In this document: in pieces, positions 52,656 to 64,000 of the stretch
Position numbering within the stretch: the stretch's first letter is position 1
Layout: every line of letters starts with the position of its first letter
NCBI RefSeq assembly: GCF_009914755.1
Contig: NC_060932.1
From: the human T2T-CHM13v2.0 reference genome, Homo sapiens
Reading direction: 5' to 3' (one strand)
Length of the DNA stretch: 64,000 nt
Notes under the pieces: model-generated
Database searches by the model: none
The model's input: the letters and a program-made list of their open reading frames with translations, nothing else
What the model was told of the DNA's origin: nothing
Program-made: the position numbers and the translations under genes

Positions 52656-55506
52656 TCTCGGGTCCTGGGAGAGCGCATATTCAGAACTGTTTGCAGAAGA
52701 GGGTGACAGGCACATGGTTCAGTTGATTTAGGAGGTGGATAAGTCGGGTGGTGTCAGAGATGAGCCAGGGCACTCTTTTTTCCTCTGGCAGGTGCTGTGT
52801 GGCCTGATAACTGTACCATGTTATGCTCCCATCACTTCTCTTCTTACTCAGACCGCTGTGGTATGGTCCAGCCTGGTCCTCTGAGCTCTATCTGCCTTGT
52901 TGTAGGAGCTGAGGCTGCCTCAGGCCTGCAGCTCGGGATCAGGGTGACTTGAGCCTCCTGGTCAGGCCCTCGGGCACCCTTCTCCACAGGCAGAGAGGGA
53001 GGATATTGTGTCGGCAGTCCTGAAGCCTGGGTTCCCCTCACGTCGGTCAATCGGTTTTCTCAGCTGAAAAACTTCAGGGAGGCTGAAAAGGGATATAATT
53101 CATGCATCCCTCATGGAACTATGTGGAGATTAATTGGACATATACCTTGTATTGTATACCTACAATAATTAGAATATGCCTTGCCATGAAGCAGTGGTTA
53201 CTGAAGCTCGTGTAGTCTGTACTTAGGTCTGGAGAACGTTCCAGGGCAGCTTCAGTCACGCCCTGGAGGTTTGCTGTCCTCCTGGTGCTCTGGGTGGATG
53301 GTGGACTCAAATGATGACCACAGAACAGCAGTTGTTCTGCCTCCTGTGCGGGACGCTGCGCTCCTCTGAGTGGGTTTGCGATTTCCCCGGCCTCCCCTGC
53401 GCCTAGCACATAGTAGAGTCATCGAGGGTGTTTGTGGGGCGAAGCATGCTCCAGGTTGCACGGATGGGAGTGGTGTCCTTGCCCGGGGTTTTGTTTGGCT
53501 GGAAGCTGATGCAATTTGGGGTTTGGGCTTATTACATCCCTGTCTGCCCCGGTCCCCAGATCTACCCTTTGTCCTTTGAACTAAGGGTCTGGCCTTTCTG
53601 GGTTGCCTTGTCAGGCTTCTTGCCCTCTGATTTCGGGTTGGATTTGGTCAATGGGGGCACTAGTGGGAGATCAGAGAGTAGAGGGAGAGAGAGGTCAGCA
53701 TCTCTGCTTCCGCATCCCTGACCTGGCTGCGGCTTTGTGAGGCCAGCATTCCTGGCTCACGGCCCTGGGGCAGCTGCTGTGCAGCTCTAGCTCCCACTGG
53801 CCAGCAGTCTTCCCTCATCCCTCCAGCCACAGATGCGGTCATCGCTGCTGCCATCTCCTGGGAACGTCGCCGTGCTGTTGGATGCAGAGAATTGGACACT
53901 GCCCATGTCTCTTCCATAAACCCCATGGTGCAGACCCTCACTTTCAGAGTGACCCCCAAGGCACTGGTGCTCCTCTGCCCCCAGCAGTGAGTGAGGAAGC
54001 ACACATCTCATTTTGCAGCCTCCGCCCAAGGAGAGGAGAGTGGACATGGATGGCGCTGAAGGATGGGCTGGGCATCCTTAAAGGGATAGCTCATTCTTGG
54101 CTCTGAGTTGTGTCAGAGCCATCAAGGGTCTTCAAAGGCTTCCAACTCCTCATCTTGACCTCGTCCATCCTATATCAAGTCAACCTCAGACTGGGAATGA
54201 GGGGACCCCTGTGTTGGATGAATGTTGATCCGTTTACTCATTCAGCCTCTCAACAAATAGTTCCCGAGCACCTACAAGGTGCTGTGCACTGTGCTGCCCA
54301 CTGGGGAGCCAAAGTCAGCGGCCTCATCCTCACCCTTGGTCTAGCGGGAGAAATAAGGCGTGTAAACACACGGGGATTCTACAGGCCGTGAGTTGGCAGG
54401 AGAATGAGAGGAGCGGAGACAAGGAGCTGCAGGCATGCAGGGGGAAAGGAAAAAGTCGGGATGAGATGGGGGTCCCTCCCCAAGACTTTAGGTGGAGATA
54501 TCTGTATACATCAATAAGTCAGATTGCATAGCTCAGGAGCTGATTGTTACCAATGAGTTAAATGAAAACATGTGAAAGGTGCTTTATAACCACCATCTCA
54601 GACATGCCGCCTCCATTTCCAGAGGAGAAAAGGCTGAGGAAAAATGTTCTAGAACGTTCTAGATGGTGCCAACTCAACTCTAGGATCACAGAGTATTGCC
54701 CAGTTATAGCTAAATCTAAGCAGGGAAAATGGGGGATTTCCCACAGTCGGACATTGGTGCCCCTGGTTGCTTCCCGTTGTTTGTTGGAAGCAGGGCAGGA
54801 GTGCAAAACCACACTCCTGCCTTCACCCGAAGCCTCTTCCGGGCCAGGGTTGCCCCATCTTTGTGCTCTTTGCTTCCTCGACAGGACCTGTCCTCTGGTG
54901 GCCCCTGAAGGCTCCCTCCCCCACTGCCCACCGTGTGAAGCACGATGACAAAATGACAAAAACATTCTCAAGGAAATGAGCTGCTCTGTTCCTGGGGCCA
55001 CCGCAAGTGTCAGAGAAAGCAGGTCTGGGAGTGATTCACTCACGTCCATGGCCTGACTCCAAATCCGCCCCGTGCTGGCTTCCCCCTTCCTGTTTTTGAA
55101 TCCAGACCTTGCCTGGCAGTGTCTTCCCCGCCGTGGAGAGCCCCCCAGGACCCATCGCCCTTGGTCTTCGTCTGTTCAGGGGTGGGCTGCTTCCCTTCGG
55201 CCTCCAACCAGCCCTTGTCCACAGGCTCGGGCGGCACTGGCAGAGAGAACCCAGCGCTTGCGGTCTGAGAGCCAGCTCCAGCCTTGCTGTGGTCGTCTCG
55301 GAAGTGGAGGAGGGGGGACAGGGACAAACCGTGGAACTTTGCCAAGCCTCGGATGTCTCCTTTGTTCAGTGGGATTTCCCGGCCATCTCTCTAGGTAACT
55401 GTAGGAACAGTTGAGATAATGTTTATGTGTATATATAATCCTGCTATACACGGAAAAGAGCTTCACACATGTCATTATGTATTTGAAGAAGTGCTCCCTA
55501 CCCATA

Positions 55507-55757
55507 GTGTGTGTGTGCGTGTGTGTGCGCGCATGTGTGTGTGCGTGTGTGCGCGTGTGTGCGTGTGTGTGCATGTGTGTGAATGCATGTGTGTTTGTGT
55601 GCATGTGTGTGCGTGTGTGCGTGTGTGTGCATGTGTGTGCGTGTGTGCATGTGTGTGCATGCGTGTTTGTGTGCGTGTGTGTGCATGCGTGTTTGTGTGC
55701 GTGTGTGTGCATGTGTGCATGTGTGTACGTGTGTGCGTTTGTGTGTGTGTGTGTGTG
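55507..55757. repeat. Long (TG)/(TGCG)/(TGCA) alternating purine-pyrimidine tract
   Basis: Visible. Confidence 0.95.
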
Positions 55758-58700
55758 TTTTTGCAGGTGCTGTTGCCATGACAACATTCTCGCCTGGGCC
55801 GTCTAAAATATCCTGCTGGTTGATCTTGGGTGATCACCGCTTTCACAACGTTAGGCCCTGTTCCGAAGTCGACCATGGCTCCCAACTGTGGCAGCCGTAA
55901 ACAAACCTCCTCCCCACAAACCCGGCAAAGCCATTCCCCCTGAGAGCCAGGCATTCACTCCACTCGAGCAAGACTCTACCTGCAAAGGGGGCTCCCTTAG
56001 CCCCACTCTGCTGGTGCACACCTCCCAGCCCCCACAAGCCCAGCTGGGAAGTCTCATCCAATTTCTCCCGCTGCGATGACCAGTCTCTTATGAATCTCTG
56101 TTGTAGACTTAACACCACGTGTTGGCAAGCAGTTGTCATTCCATCATGTCCAGTGTTTTGGCTCAGTGGATTTCAACACTGGCTGAGAATCACCTGGAGA
56201 GCTTTTTAAAATGAAAAAATTCACTTCTTTGTGCAAGACGTGAATTTAGAGGTCACTTTACTGATGGGAACCTGAGTCCCAGCAATGGAGGGCAATTTGC
56301 CTGTGGTTATCTAGGGAGGCAGAGCCCAGGCAGGAGGCTGCCTGCCGGGAGGTGCAAAGCTCCCTTCTCTGACCCCAGCTCCCCTACGGGCTGGGAAACA
56401 GAAAGTGAAAGTGAAACCCTCCACTCTGCAGAATTTGTCTTGACATTTTCTTTCAACCTGTCCTTGACAACTCTCAAACTTTACCCCTCTTTCTCTTTTC
56501 TCCACTTGAAGGCCCAGGCTGGCTGAGAGTGACATCTCTGCCATCCCTTCCTCCCAGCTCTCTGCGTGTGTAGGAACAGTCCTGGAACTCAGCTCTGCAG
56601 TGGGGCAGAGGCAGGACTTGTTAGATGGAGAGGTCAGGTCAACCTCACATGAGGCCAACTCAGTCTGTGCCTTTGCCTCTGCCCATCCTCCTGCCTGGGG
56701 TGTGGATGGGGTGGCAGAGAGAAGAAAGGTCAGGGACTGAAGATGGCAAGATGGGGTCTGCTCCCCCCTCCACTGCACTCCCAGCTGGGGGTCAAGGGAG
56801 GACCATCTAGGTATAGAGATAGATGCTCTGGGGACAGAGGGCCTTTGCCCAGCTAAGCCCTCTTGACTTGACTACGCCCTCATGACTGAGCTCTGAAGGA
56901 GACCCCCTCACCACCCTGACTCCCACTCAGGATGGGGCCTCAGCAAGGCATGTTAAAGGCAAAACAGATTGGAGAAGACTCTGACCTTTGACTCCCTGAG
57001 CCACCTTGATGCCTACGTGGTGTGGACAGGGCCATGCGGGAGTAGGGGATAAGTGGTCTTGGTGAGCACAGAGACTTGGGGACAGACCACTAATGCCAGG
57101 CAGAATGGGATCTCAGTCAAACTCCAGGGCCCACAGCAGCCTTCCTCTGACTGTGAGGCATCTTGAGGAGGGAATAAGTGGTAAGGACAGCAGGGTAGAA
57201 AGACAGGAGGAGCTGGGGACATGGGTGGCACCATGGAGCCCCCATGCCGGCGTGGGAGTGGCCATCTCTAGACTATTTCTATGTGAGAAGAAAATAAACC
57301 TCTACCTGGTTTAAGTCATTTATGGGGAGGGTCTCTGTTGCCGACAATAAAATGCAATTGTTGATTGCATTTGGTTGCACAGTAGCCCAAGCTGCCTTGG
57401 GACCACACCTGTGGTTTAAAGTTGTTTGCTAAGTTGAGCTGAGATCTGCCTCAGAATCCAAGGAAACCCTGGCCAATCCTAATTCCCAGTTCCACCAGGA
57501 CCACCCCAAAGAAATCGAGTCCATTCCTCCTCTCCAGCTTCTCCCTATTCCTTCCCATTTACTTTTCGTCTTGATGTTCTTTGCTCCATCTATCTGTGAC
57601 TATTCATTGGCTCCCAGGCCCCCTTAGTCACCTTCTCACTTTCTCAGGGCCATGGGTAGCCCCAGGCAGGGCCCATGCCCTGCCCATGCACTTTCCAGAC
57701 CCTTGGCAGCTACCTCCAGCACCAGCAGCTGCTGGATTTGCTTGTTCCTTGGCTGTTTATATGTTTCCTCCATGCACTTGCTCCATGATTGGGCAAGAGA
57801 GCTTTCTACCTGTCCTGGGTTTTATTATCATCCTGTTCTGTGCTTACCGTACTTCTCACTCCATTCTCTTTCCTGCTCAGCTGTCTAAGCATTATTTATT
57901 CTTCAAACATTTGTCCAGCACTTGTGATGTGCCGAGCACAGGGCCAGAGGTGCACCAGACCCACTTCCTGCCTTCAAGGGAGCTCTGACGAGGCTGCACA
58001 TCCCGCTTGGTGTTGTAAGCCCTGCAAATCCAGGCCATCTCATTAACCTACTTCCCTTACTGATGAGTGGCCTGGAGACTATTAGCAAGTGTGTGTTTGT
58101 GGGGGATGGACAGGAAGATACTCTAGTGCTTGTTTTTGTTTTGTTTTTTGACAGTTTCCAAGGATTCTACTTCCAGTGTCAATATCAGGTTTCTTCCAGT
58201 CCATGAGTTGTCATGGATGTGTCCCTCTTTTATTACCAGACAGAACGGGAACTATCATTGGGAAAATTTTCCCAGTGACTACAGTTTGGACAAGAAAGTC
58301 TATATTCAGGAACGTGATTTCTTTTCTTCTTTTGAAGTCATACCACCGGGGCTCCATGGCCAGCCCAGAGCTCCACTGTCACTCTCTCTGTTGTTTCTCC
58401 TCTCCTTGTTTTTTTCTCATCACCAAGGATTGGATCACAGGTTCTTAGCCTGGGCTTCCTGGATCTCTGGGGCTGGGGGTGGAGGGTGCATCTATGATGA
58501 GCTGCAGGAGCCCATGCACTTGTAATTGTGTGTAGTATTTTGTGTTTATGGGAATGTGCTTGTTTTTCAGGAGGGGCATTGGTGTTATTCATGGTTTTCA
58601 CTATCATTTTGAAAGGGAGGGGGGCTATTACCTAGACAATTTTAAGAGTGAACGCCTTTGGTAATTTCTCAAGAGGTCTCTCAGATTGAGGGACAGCACA

Positions 58701-59309
58701 GCCTCATGTGCTAACTTTTCCTACAAACTCCTAGTGTAACCTCAGTGATCCTGTGGTTTAACCTCTTTGTTTATGGCTCAGACAAGGGAAGCACAGACAA
58801 TTCAAGTAGGTCACTCAAAGCCATCAGCTTGTTACTGGCAGAGCCTAGTTGGGCTCATGAACCTGGAGACCTCCAGAAGCAGCTGGGTTGCTCATCCATT
58901 AAAGAGTGAGGACCTTGGTGCTGTCTGTATTCTTTCCTGGATTATAAATGCCAGGAGGCATGAGCCTGCCTCCCCAAGCTGTGCCTCAGTCTCTGTGTCT
59001 AAGTAAAGGTCTGGCACACAGTAGGTGGTCATCGTTTGCTGCTGGATTGCTTTGTGCCTGTTCATCAGAAGTACTAACTACCCTTGTGAAGCCCTCTTTG
59101 CCTACTTGCTCTGTTACTCTCCATCTGAATTTACTGCCCAGAACCTGGGGCGCCAGAGAGTTCTGTTGTGTGGAACGCTGTGATGTTTCCCTAAACTCTT
59201 ACTAGTTTAGGAATTGGCTTAGGGAAGATGTCCTCCTCTTAAGGGGTAATTACCTTCTTAAAGGGTAATTCATCCCACCCCCTCCTTTTAAATATTTTTA
59301 CTTTTTTTT

Positions 59310-60022
59310 TATATTTCGTATTGTGATAAAATACACACCAGATAGAATTGGCCATCTAAACTGTTTGTAAGTGTACAGTCCTGTGCCGTTGGTGTGCGAC
59401 CACCATCACCACCCATCCCCAGAACTCCCCAGGGTGAAACTCTGCACCTCTGAAACATTAACTCCCCTCTCGTACCTCCTCCCAGCCCTGATGTCCCCCA
59501 TCCTACTTTCTGTCTCTATAAAATTGACTGCTTTAGGGACCTCATACAAGTGGAATTATACAGCACTTGTCTTTTGTAACCGGCTCATTTCTATTCACTT
59601 AATGTCTTCAAGGTTCATCCATGTTGCAGCATGGGCCAGATTTTCCTACCTTTTTAAGGTTGAGTAAGTCTCCTTTGTTTGTCTATATCGCATTTTGTTA
59701 ATCTGTTCATCCGCGGATGAATGTTTGGGTTGTTTCTACCCTTTGACTACTGTGAATAAAGCTGCAATGAACGTGGGTGTACACGTATCCCTTTGAGCCC
59801 TGCTTTCAGTTCTTTTGGGGAGATACCCACAAATGGGATTTCTGGATCATGTGGCAATTCTATGGTTCCATTTTTGAGGACCCGCCATACTGTTTTCTAC
59901 AGCAGCCACATCATTTGACCTTCCCACCAGCAATGTTCCAACTTCTCCCCATCCATGCCAACACGTGTTTTCTGGTTTTTACAGTAGCCGTTCTAATGGT
60001 GTGAGGTGGCATCTCACTGTGG
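59310..60022 (-). mobile_element. L1MB-like 3' fragment
   Basis: GGGACCTCATACAAGTGGAAT, AATGTCTTCAAGGTTCATCCATGTTGCAGCATG, GGTGTGAGGTGGCATCTCACTGTGGT. Confidence 0.85.
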
Positions 60023-62267
60023 TCTCTCCTTTTTTTTACGAGTCACGTTCACCCACCTGGTAGGCCTGACCTATCAGGTTGGAGCACACTGGCTCCTGCC
60101 GCTCTCAGCACCCAGAATCAATCGAAATCACACTTGATGACGTGCTGTGGCTTTCTCGTGGAAATGTGAGCAATTTGTGCTTCGCTTTTTGTCATTCTGT
60201 CTTTCCCAAACTTTGATACACACAGATTTGGGGTTTTTTCCATGTGTTAATATACCTGAAATCAGGATGCATCTTTGCAATGAATGGCGTGTCTTTGTCT
60301 TCATTTGTCACTGTTTCTTTTTTTCATTCTTCCTTTCTTAAATGGTTTGTAAAATACCAGTGCTCTTATGACCTGTGGCAAGTGCGAGCCACTGGAAGGT
60401 GGTGCTGAAAACGGCTGCCTGACCCCATGCAGCCCGTGTGGACCTGTGTGATGGTGGAGAGCGTGCAAAGGACCCAGCTCCCTGCTGCATGCCTGCAGCT
60501 CTTGTTCTCTCTGGGGGCTGCATGCCCCACGTGTTTTTCTCTGGGGACATGTGAGCTTCCCATCATGCTCGGCTTCTTTCGGTGATCCGCGTGTGATATT
60601 GATCAGCCCTTCAAGGTCTCGCAGCAGCCCTGTCCCTCTCCCTGCTCAGCCCTCTGGGGCCTAGCTTGGGTTCCTGCCACTTGCATTCTCTCCTGCAAAG
60701 CCCAGCCTCCCCCCATCCTCCCGCTATTCACTCTGTTCCTGAATCCACTGCCCCTGCTGCCTGCGCCCGCTGCCAGCCCCCTACCCAGCCTAGCCCACTT
60801 CTGCTCCCAGGGCTGCCAACAAAACTGTTTCCTCCCTGCAGGTCCGCCCTGCCCCTTCCTCCACAGGGGCTGTCAACTCTTGGAGCATTTCCTGTGACTT
60901 CTATTTTTTCTCCTTTTGCCCCGTAATCTGTTTTTCCTTGCTCCGTCTACCCCCTCCCACACACAGCTGGAAGGCCTCTGCTTTCCTTCCCTGCTTCCTC
61001 CCAAAATCCCCGGCACCGCCCCCTCCTTTTCCATCCCACAATGCTGCCCTCGCTGCCTGCCCCCCACCTGCACTGACTCAGCCTCCCCTGGCTCTGATCG
61101 GTACAAGTGGACCCTGGGGTTTGCTGGGGCCTAATCAGCCCCAGGGGTGGATCCCTCGGTCTCTGTGTTCACTGAGAACACCCACCACAGCTCCCCGCTT
61201 CCTGCCAGGCCCTCTGCTCCTGCGTGGTCCTGTCCACAGCCGGGGGCACCTGGATGGTTCAGAAGCAAAATGTTGGAGCCTCCTCCAATGCATTCTACCT
61301 GCCCGCACCTGATGAGGCCCTGCCCTGTGTGGGAGGTGGGTTGGGGGGCGCCTTTATCGCTCAGTCATGAGGCTTGGCTGGGCAGAAGCCCTCCGCCTAT
61401 GGAGCATCTCACACCTCATCTAGATGCTTCCCCTCCCACACCCCACCCCCACCCCATGGGCTCCCCACTTGACCCCCAGCTGGGCACAGAGTGGAGAGCA
61501 GGGACCACACCCCACACGCACCCTCCAGCCTGGCCCCCTCTTCCCTGTGTCTTTCCTCCCAGCATTTCCTCGCATCCCGAAGGCCCAGGTTCCTGGACTC
61601 ACGCCCCAGGTGAGTGGTACTGGAGGAAGAGCCTTCTCCCTCCTGGGAGCTTCTGTGACCCTGTAGGTGGCCTGATTCCTGAGATGGTGGAGAGTTGCTT
61701 GGTGCAGGTAGGGTGTTCTCTCTCTGGGCCCGGCCTGGCGCCCACCCAGCATGTTTTGTTAAGAGGTCAGGTCTTCCCCTGCTCCTGATTGGAGGAGAAA
61801 CCTCATGATTTTGAAAGGAGGAAACCAGCAAGGGGAAAAGTGACTGATACGCGATTTTGCGTATCAGCTGATTGTTCACCCTCAGTCCGGCTTCTGAAGG
61901 CCGGTCTGGAATGTAGGAATGCAGTGATTGTCCCCTGTCATCCACTGGACAAAGTGGGGGATCTGACAGGAGCCTCGGCTCCCAACCCCACCCAGGCTTC
62001 TTCCTAATTCAGAAACCCAGCTTCAGAGTCACTGAAGGTGAGGTGCTTGCTGTTGTCACTCTCTGGGGCCCACATCTCAGTGGGGCTCTTCCTGTTCGAC
62101 AAGACAGAAACCCCAACTCAAACCCACTCAGCCAAGGAGAGAATTGTCGGCTCGTGGAACTGAAAAGCCCAGTTTTCCAGGCCGGGTTTTGAACACCCCG
62201 ACGCAGGGATGGCAGATGTCCGGCAGCCAGAATGGCTTTGCTCCACCCTGACTCTATGGCAGCTGAT

Positions 62268-62356
62268 CCCAGCTTGCAAGAAGCCTCCGACCTTCTCCTC
62301 CCGGCCTTCCACCCCAGCTTGCAAAAAGCCTCCAACCTTCTCCTCCCAGCCTTCCA
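62268..62356. repeat. 45-bp tandem duplication
   Basis: CCCAGCTTGCAA(G/A)AAGCCTCC(G/A)ACCTTCTCCTCCC(G/A)GCCTTCCA at 62268 and 62313. Confidence 0.9.
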
Positions 62357-62899
62357 ACACCACCCAGCTGGTCAGAGAAGACGCCAGGGCCATATCTATT
62401 TGCTGTGGTCCTAATTTCTTCCTAGAGCCAGAGAGGCTAATCCCTAAGTTGTTTTTAGGCTTCAGCTCAGGAGTCTCTGCATCACCTCCTCCAGGAGGCC
62501 TTCCTTGACCTGCAATGCCATTCCTTTTACTCTGCATTCAGTCACACCCAGTGTATATTGTGGTGTATGTGTGAGTGTGTGTGTATGTACACACATACAC
62601 ATCAGAACATTTGTTATTGTGTGTAGGAGCGTGTCTGTTTGTCACATTGGAATGTGAAGTTTCTGAAGATCGGTGCCATGTCCTACTAATGGTTGCATCC
62701 CAGGATGCCACCCAGAGCCTGATGCAATAGATGCTCAGAAATCTTTGTTGGCTACATGAGAGAGGGAGTGATGAGTGACAGAATGTGTGGAGAATGTGAT
62801 GAGAATTCTGAGAGTGAGGACTGGAAGGTGATGCCTCTTCCAAGAAGAAAACCTTCCACGTTTGCAATTTCCTTCCCCATGGCTGCAAGATAAGGTCAT

Positions 62900-63490
62900 A
62901 CTGGGGACAAGACAGTGCTGAAGACACAGTGATGCAGGGATATGGAGGTGCTGGGGACATGGTGATGCCGGGGACATGGAGGTGCTGGGGACATGGTGAT
63001 GCCAGGGATGTGGAGGTGCTGGGGACACAGTGGTTCTGGGACATGGTGATGCTGGGGACATGGAGGTGCTGGGAACATAGTGGTGCTGGGGATATACGTG
63101 GTCATTTTAGTGGCATGATGATGCTGAGGGACAGGGTGACAATGAGTCACAGCAATGTTGGGGACATGTGGTGCTGTGCTGGGGACATAGTGATGCTGGG
63201 GACATGGTGACTGTAAGTGCATATGACTCTAGGGACATGGTAATGCTGGAGACATGGAGGTCCTGGGAACATGGAGGTGCTACAGATGTGGCTTTGCTGG
63301 GGACATGGCAATGCTGGGGACATGATGACTCTGGGGACATGGAAGTGCTGGGGACATGGAAGTTCTGGGGACATTGAAGTACTGGGGACATGGAGGTGCT
63401 GGGGACATGGTTGTGCTGGGGACATTGTGGTCCTGGTTTCATGGTGACTCTGAAGGCATGTGGTGGGAACATGGTAATGCTGGGGACAGT
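62900..63490. repeat. G-rich minisatellite, ~17-bp unit GCTGGGGACATGG(AGGT/TGAT)
   Basis: Visible periodicity, about 30+ degenerate copies; the two variants partly alternate. Confidence 0.93.
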
Positions 63491-63741
63491 CTCAAACTCC
63501 TGAGCTCAAGCAATTCACGGGGCTGGAGTTTGAACTCAGATCTGTCCCATGCCCAACTTTTGTCCTTCCTTCTGTTCCATCCAAATAGATTCACTTGCCT
63601 CTCCATAGTGGAGTGGAGCACATTTGGGGTGGGCAGGAAGCACCTCTAGAAAGAAGGGAAGAGACAGGAAATGCCAATCCCCCAAGCTGCTCTCTGACCC
63701 CTCTTCCTCTGCCCTGTTACAGCGGCCAGAGCCCCCACACC

Positions 63742-64000
63742 ATGAACAGCACCCCCAGGAATGCCCAGGCCCCGAGCCACCGTGAGTGCTTCCTGCCCTC
63801 TGTGGCTCGCACCCCCTCGGTCACCAAGGTCACGCCAGCCAAGAAGATCACCTTCCTCAAGCGAGGGGATCCACGGTTTGCTGGGGTCCGCCTGGCCGTT
63901 CACCAGCGCGCCTTTAAGACCTTCAGCGCCCTCATGGACGAGCTCTCCCAGCGCGTGCCTCTCTCCTTTGGGGTGCGCTCTGTCACCACACCCCGGGGCC
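63742..64000 (+). CDS. RP1L1: RP1L1 first coding exon (exon 2 starts 63723), truncated by the window edge; start of the first doublecortin (DCX) domain
   Basis: Acceptor ctcttcctctgccctgttacag|CGG and Kozak CACACCATGA. Translates MNSTPRNAQAPSHRECFLPSVARTPSVTKVTPAKKITFLKRGDPRFAGVRLAVHQRAFKTFSALMDELSQRVPLSFGVRSVTTPRG, with the DCX motif KKITFLKRGDPRF. Confidence 0.97.
   Translation, partial: MNSTPRNAQAPSHRECFLPSVARTPSVTKVTPAKKITFLKRGDPRFAGVRLAVHQRAFKTFSALMDELSQRVPLSFGVRSVTTPRG

Noticed and set aside
55176-55954. His/Thr- and Cys/Val-rich ORFs
   Set aside because: Translations of the (TG)n tract.
62538-63472. PCPQH/MSPAPP repeat ORFs resembling SPRR or keratin-associated proteins
   Set aside because: They come from a 17-bp minisatellite whose period is not a multiple of 3; the same motifs rotate through all frames.

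Overview
Human (primate) genomic DNA: Alu, L1, L2, MIR, MaLR and Tigger repeats, GT-AG introns, no prokaryotic features. I recognise the locus from the encoded peptides as 8p23.1, shown with RP1L1 on the + strand. It holds two divergent genes about 17.5 kb apart. C8orf74 (- strand) has coding exon 1 at 14282-14329 and exon 2 at 12241-12433, and its intron 2 runs off the left edge. RP1L1 (+ strand) has a CRX-motif-rich promoter near 31.7 kb, non-coding exon 1 ending at 32061, a 31.7 kb intron 1, and coding exon 2 from 63723 (ATG at 63742), running off the right edge. Also present are a 5S rRNA retro-pseudogene and the MIR4286 locus. The most notable observations are: (1) an old, frameshifted, intronless SNRPN (SmN) retrocopy, 3'UTR included, antisense in RP1L1 intron 1; (2) a 15-codon uORF made by the RP1L1 exon 1/2 junction, whose TGA overlaps the main ATG; (3) the miR-4286 mature sequence is the complement of a perfect tRNA-Leu primer-binding site of a MaLR element; (4) the C8orf74 exon 2 acceptor is the last unit of a 21-bp VNTR. 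Nearly all ORFs in the supplied track are spurious. Gene, repeat-family and reference-sequence comparisons come from memory and were not run against a database. Repeat boundaries are approximate.
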